The notes under the pieces were generated by a model. The model saw only the letters and a list, made by a program, of their open reading frames with translations, was not told the origin of the DNA and did not search any database. Shown in pieces: positions 61,081 to 64,000 of a DNA stretch of 64,000 nt. The position numbers were made by a program, and so were the translations under genes. The stretch is from Octopus vulgaris. Lineage: Eukaryota. The stretch lies in contig OX597828.1 in the NCBI GenBank assembly GCA_951406725.2, positions 1,550,001 through 1,614,000 of the forward strand, given 5' to 3'. Position 1 is the stretch's first letter. Each line of letters begins with the position of its first letter.

Positions 61081-61835
61081 TCATTGGTATGAGAGAAATG
61101 TATGCCTTTTCCAGTGGGGGCATCTGAAAGAATTTTGCACAATCGAGTTAACAAGGTGCCCTCTGGCGAACAAAATATGAAAGAGTTCCGAGTTACAAAG
61201 AGCGCAGATTTTTTTGCCCTTATCAAACGGTAAAGACACCGATAAAATTGACCATTCCAGTCTAAAAGTTGAATTCGCGTTCTTCAAACGCCAGACTAAT
61301 TTGCTTAGCCCCGTAGCGTGTTGCTTTTCCTTATCACGGAACGTGGAAAAATGATTCGATATTCTAACAGCCAATTTCGATGATGAAGCTCCGATATAAA
61401 TGTAGACATCTGAATCAGTATAAACTCTGCACTGGTAAATGGCGTTTCTAATCTTGGAGTTACTAGATAAGAACCTTAATCTATTGGGATTGGTTTCCGA
61501 TATTAATACAGCGTTCTCATTACTATGATGATTGTAAAGACTACCGCTGGATTCGATATTATTCACCCCATTATCATTACTATTTAAGGCAATATCACCT
61601 GCATATTCCCTGTTACTGTGAATGCTGTGATTGATAATGTCCGTAATACTACTGTTGTTAAAACCGCTGCTAATATTATTGTTGGGACTCCCTACATTAA
61701 TGACTAGATCAGTGCTCTTATCCTTATTACCATTACTTACTCCCCCTACATTAATGACGAGATCATTGCTCTTATCCTTATTACTATTACTAACTTCAAT
61801 GTTGGTATGGAGGTTGCTAATATCTGTGCCAGTTC

Positions 61836-61868
<33 letters not shown>

Positions 61869-63160
61869 TGCGCGTTATGTTGGAATTAGACGGAGCAGAG
61901 TCTCCGCTCATGGGTGAGAGGGTCTTATTTAGCAGCTTATTGTTATGGGAGGAAATTATCTGTGAAAGATTTTTAGTATTGGAGAAGGCTATCCTAACTT
62001 TGTGTGGATTTACAGTGGAGTAATATCTCGAATTTCTGGGAAAATTTCTGGCAATTGCTTGGCGAAACTGCAACGGTAGGTTAGATCTTATTTGTTTACC
62101 AAAGGGAATTACAAACCAAATATAGTTTTTCCTGTTCTTGTACTGGCTCGAAGAGTCAACTCTAACATTAAGGTGGGTATCTCTGGGTTGAATAATGGGT
62201 TTTGGCCTACGATGGCCTCCCCTGGACCGCAAATTATTTATGTTATCTATATTTATGCTAGTTGTACTTGTATCGACATTCCTCAGGCTACCATCAATAC
62301 TTATATTATTTATGTTATTATAACTTGACTTATCCTGATGATAGAATGCTGGTTTCGGAAGGGCCGGGTCTATATATGCTACCTTCTCCCTATAACCGGC
62401 TTTTGACAGGGCGGCATTATAAAATTCCGCTTTCTGCCTAAAAATGTCGACGTTGGCAGATAAATTTGTTAATCTTTGAGAAATATTTTTAACTAAATTG
62501 TCTGTTATAGTTTTTGCGTGGTTAGAGAAAACACTGACATACTTTAGGTTAGTGGAAGGTTTGTGGTAGGGGCGGTAAGAATCGCTATGCAGGTTTAGTG
62601 TGACATCTAAGAAATTTGCCTTGGTAAGTTCGTTATCAAAAACTATGCTCATGCCCATCCTATTAAAGAATCTAGCTAATCTATTTTTAGTTTTCTGTAT
62701 CATTCTATTCGGGGTGTTCTGTAGGTAAAACAGACAATCGTCACGATATAGGCCGCCTCCGATGCCCGGGGATTGGTCGGATAATTCATAGAGTATATAG
62801 ATTCCGATCAAATCGGCAATCTGGGCGCTATCTGAACTTCCCATAGGTACATCGAACTCGTTGGGAGTATCCTTACGAACCCATAACTTATCTTCAAACT
62901 GTATAAAGGATTTTCTGGCGACTAGAATTATATCAATTTCTTCTCTTGTGAGGCCTGCCTTATTATGTGCATGCCACAGGGCCTTATTGAGTACACTAGG
63001 GTTAATCGAGGGGTAGAAATTAGCAATATCGAACTGAATGAACTTAGTTCTGTTTTTATTAGGGATAGAAGAGAACCACTTTACGACTTGCGAGGAGTTC
63101 GCCCAAAGGTTAAGCTTAAGCTTATTAACGAAACTAGGAATGTATTTGTCTAAAATGTAC
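61081..63160 (-). CDS. Penelope RT + Asn-rich linker + GIY-YIG endonuclease (about 690 open codons, no true start)
   Basis: [53 protein letters not shown]; the N-terminal YIYI part of the ORF-track entry is microsatellite. Confidence 0.85.
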
Positions 63161-63206
63161 TTACTGAATATATATATATGTATATATATATATGTATATA
63201 TATATG

Positions 63207-63320
<114 letters not shown>

Positions 63321-63329
63321 CACACACAC

Positions 63330-63402
<73 letters not shown>

Positions 63403-63403
63403 C

Positions 63404-63460
<57 letters not shown>

Positions 63461-63474
63461 TATATTTTATTTTA

Positions 63475-63601
63475 TTCTTATATTTTATCTAGTTTCAGCT
63501 CACGAGCTGTGGCCATGCTGGGGCACCGCCATTTGGTGTTGCTACATCATTTTACTTCACGAATGCTTTTTAGCAACTGCCATTTGGTGCATGAGAGAGT
63601 T
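63475..63601 (-). mobile_element. Extreme 3' end of the CR1/L2-group LINE, identical to 59911-60030
   Basis: About 120-bp exact reverse complement by eye. Confidence 0.9.
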
Positions 63602-63766
63602 ACGTTCTGAGTTCAAATTCCGCCGAGGTCGACTTTGCCTTTCATCCTTTCAGGGTCGATAAATTAAGTACCAGTTACGCACTGGGGTCGATGTAATCGA
63701 CTTAATCCGTTTGTCTGTCCTTGTTTATCCCCTCTGTGTTTAGCCCCTTGTGGGTAGTAAAGAAAT
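63601..63766 (+). mobile_element. SINE family 2 variant with Tx1-like tail, head missing
   Basis: Reverse complement of 45816-45968; ends tagccccttgtgggtagtaaagaaat. Confidence 0.88.
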
Positions 63767-63778
63767 ATATATATATAC

Positions 63779-64000
<222 letters not shown>

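Overview
AT-rich, microsatellite-saturated animal genomic DNA. Its repeat content (Dong/R4 LINEs in (TAA)n, tRNA-derived OK/OR-type SINEs, Penelope elements, CR1-group LINEs) strongly suggests an octopus/coleoid cephalopod (inference). The only host gene I can support is a single-coding-exon group-A bHLH transcription factor (1821-2720, minus). The rest is nested mobile DNA: about 8 Dong/R4 copies, 2 coding Penelope elements plus pLTR fragments with hammerhead ribozymes, CR1-group LINEs, Tx1/L1-clade pieces, a Gypsy with nested SINE, solo LTR and mariner, a second mariner, and Chapaev3, Merlin and Helitron remnants. Most notable: (i) a head-to-tail array (34045-40380) of ORF1/gag-only Tx1-like units sharing a 5' head motif, a post-stop hairpin/pseudoknot and a 3' tail also used by a SINE; (ii) a Penelope hammerhead split by 2.9 kb of nested insertions; (iii) a Dong copy bracketed by (ATT)579 and a 23-bp array built from its own coding sequence. 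All alignments and folds were done by eye, and boundaries are approximate unless a TSD or TIR is given.
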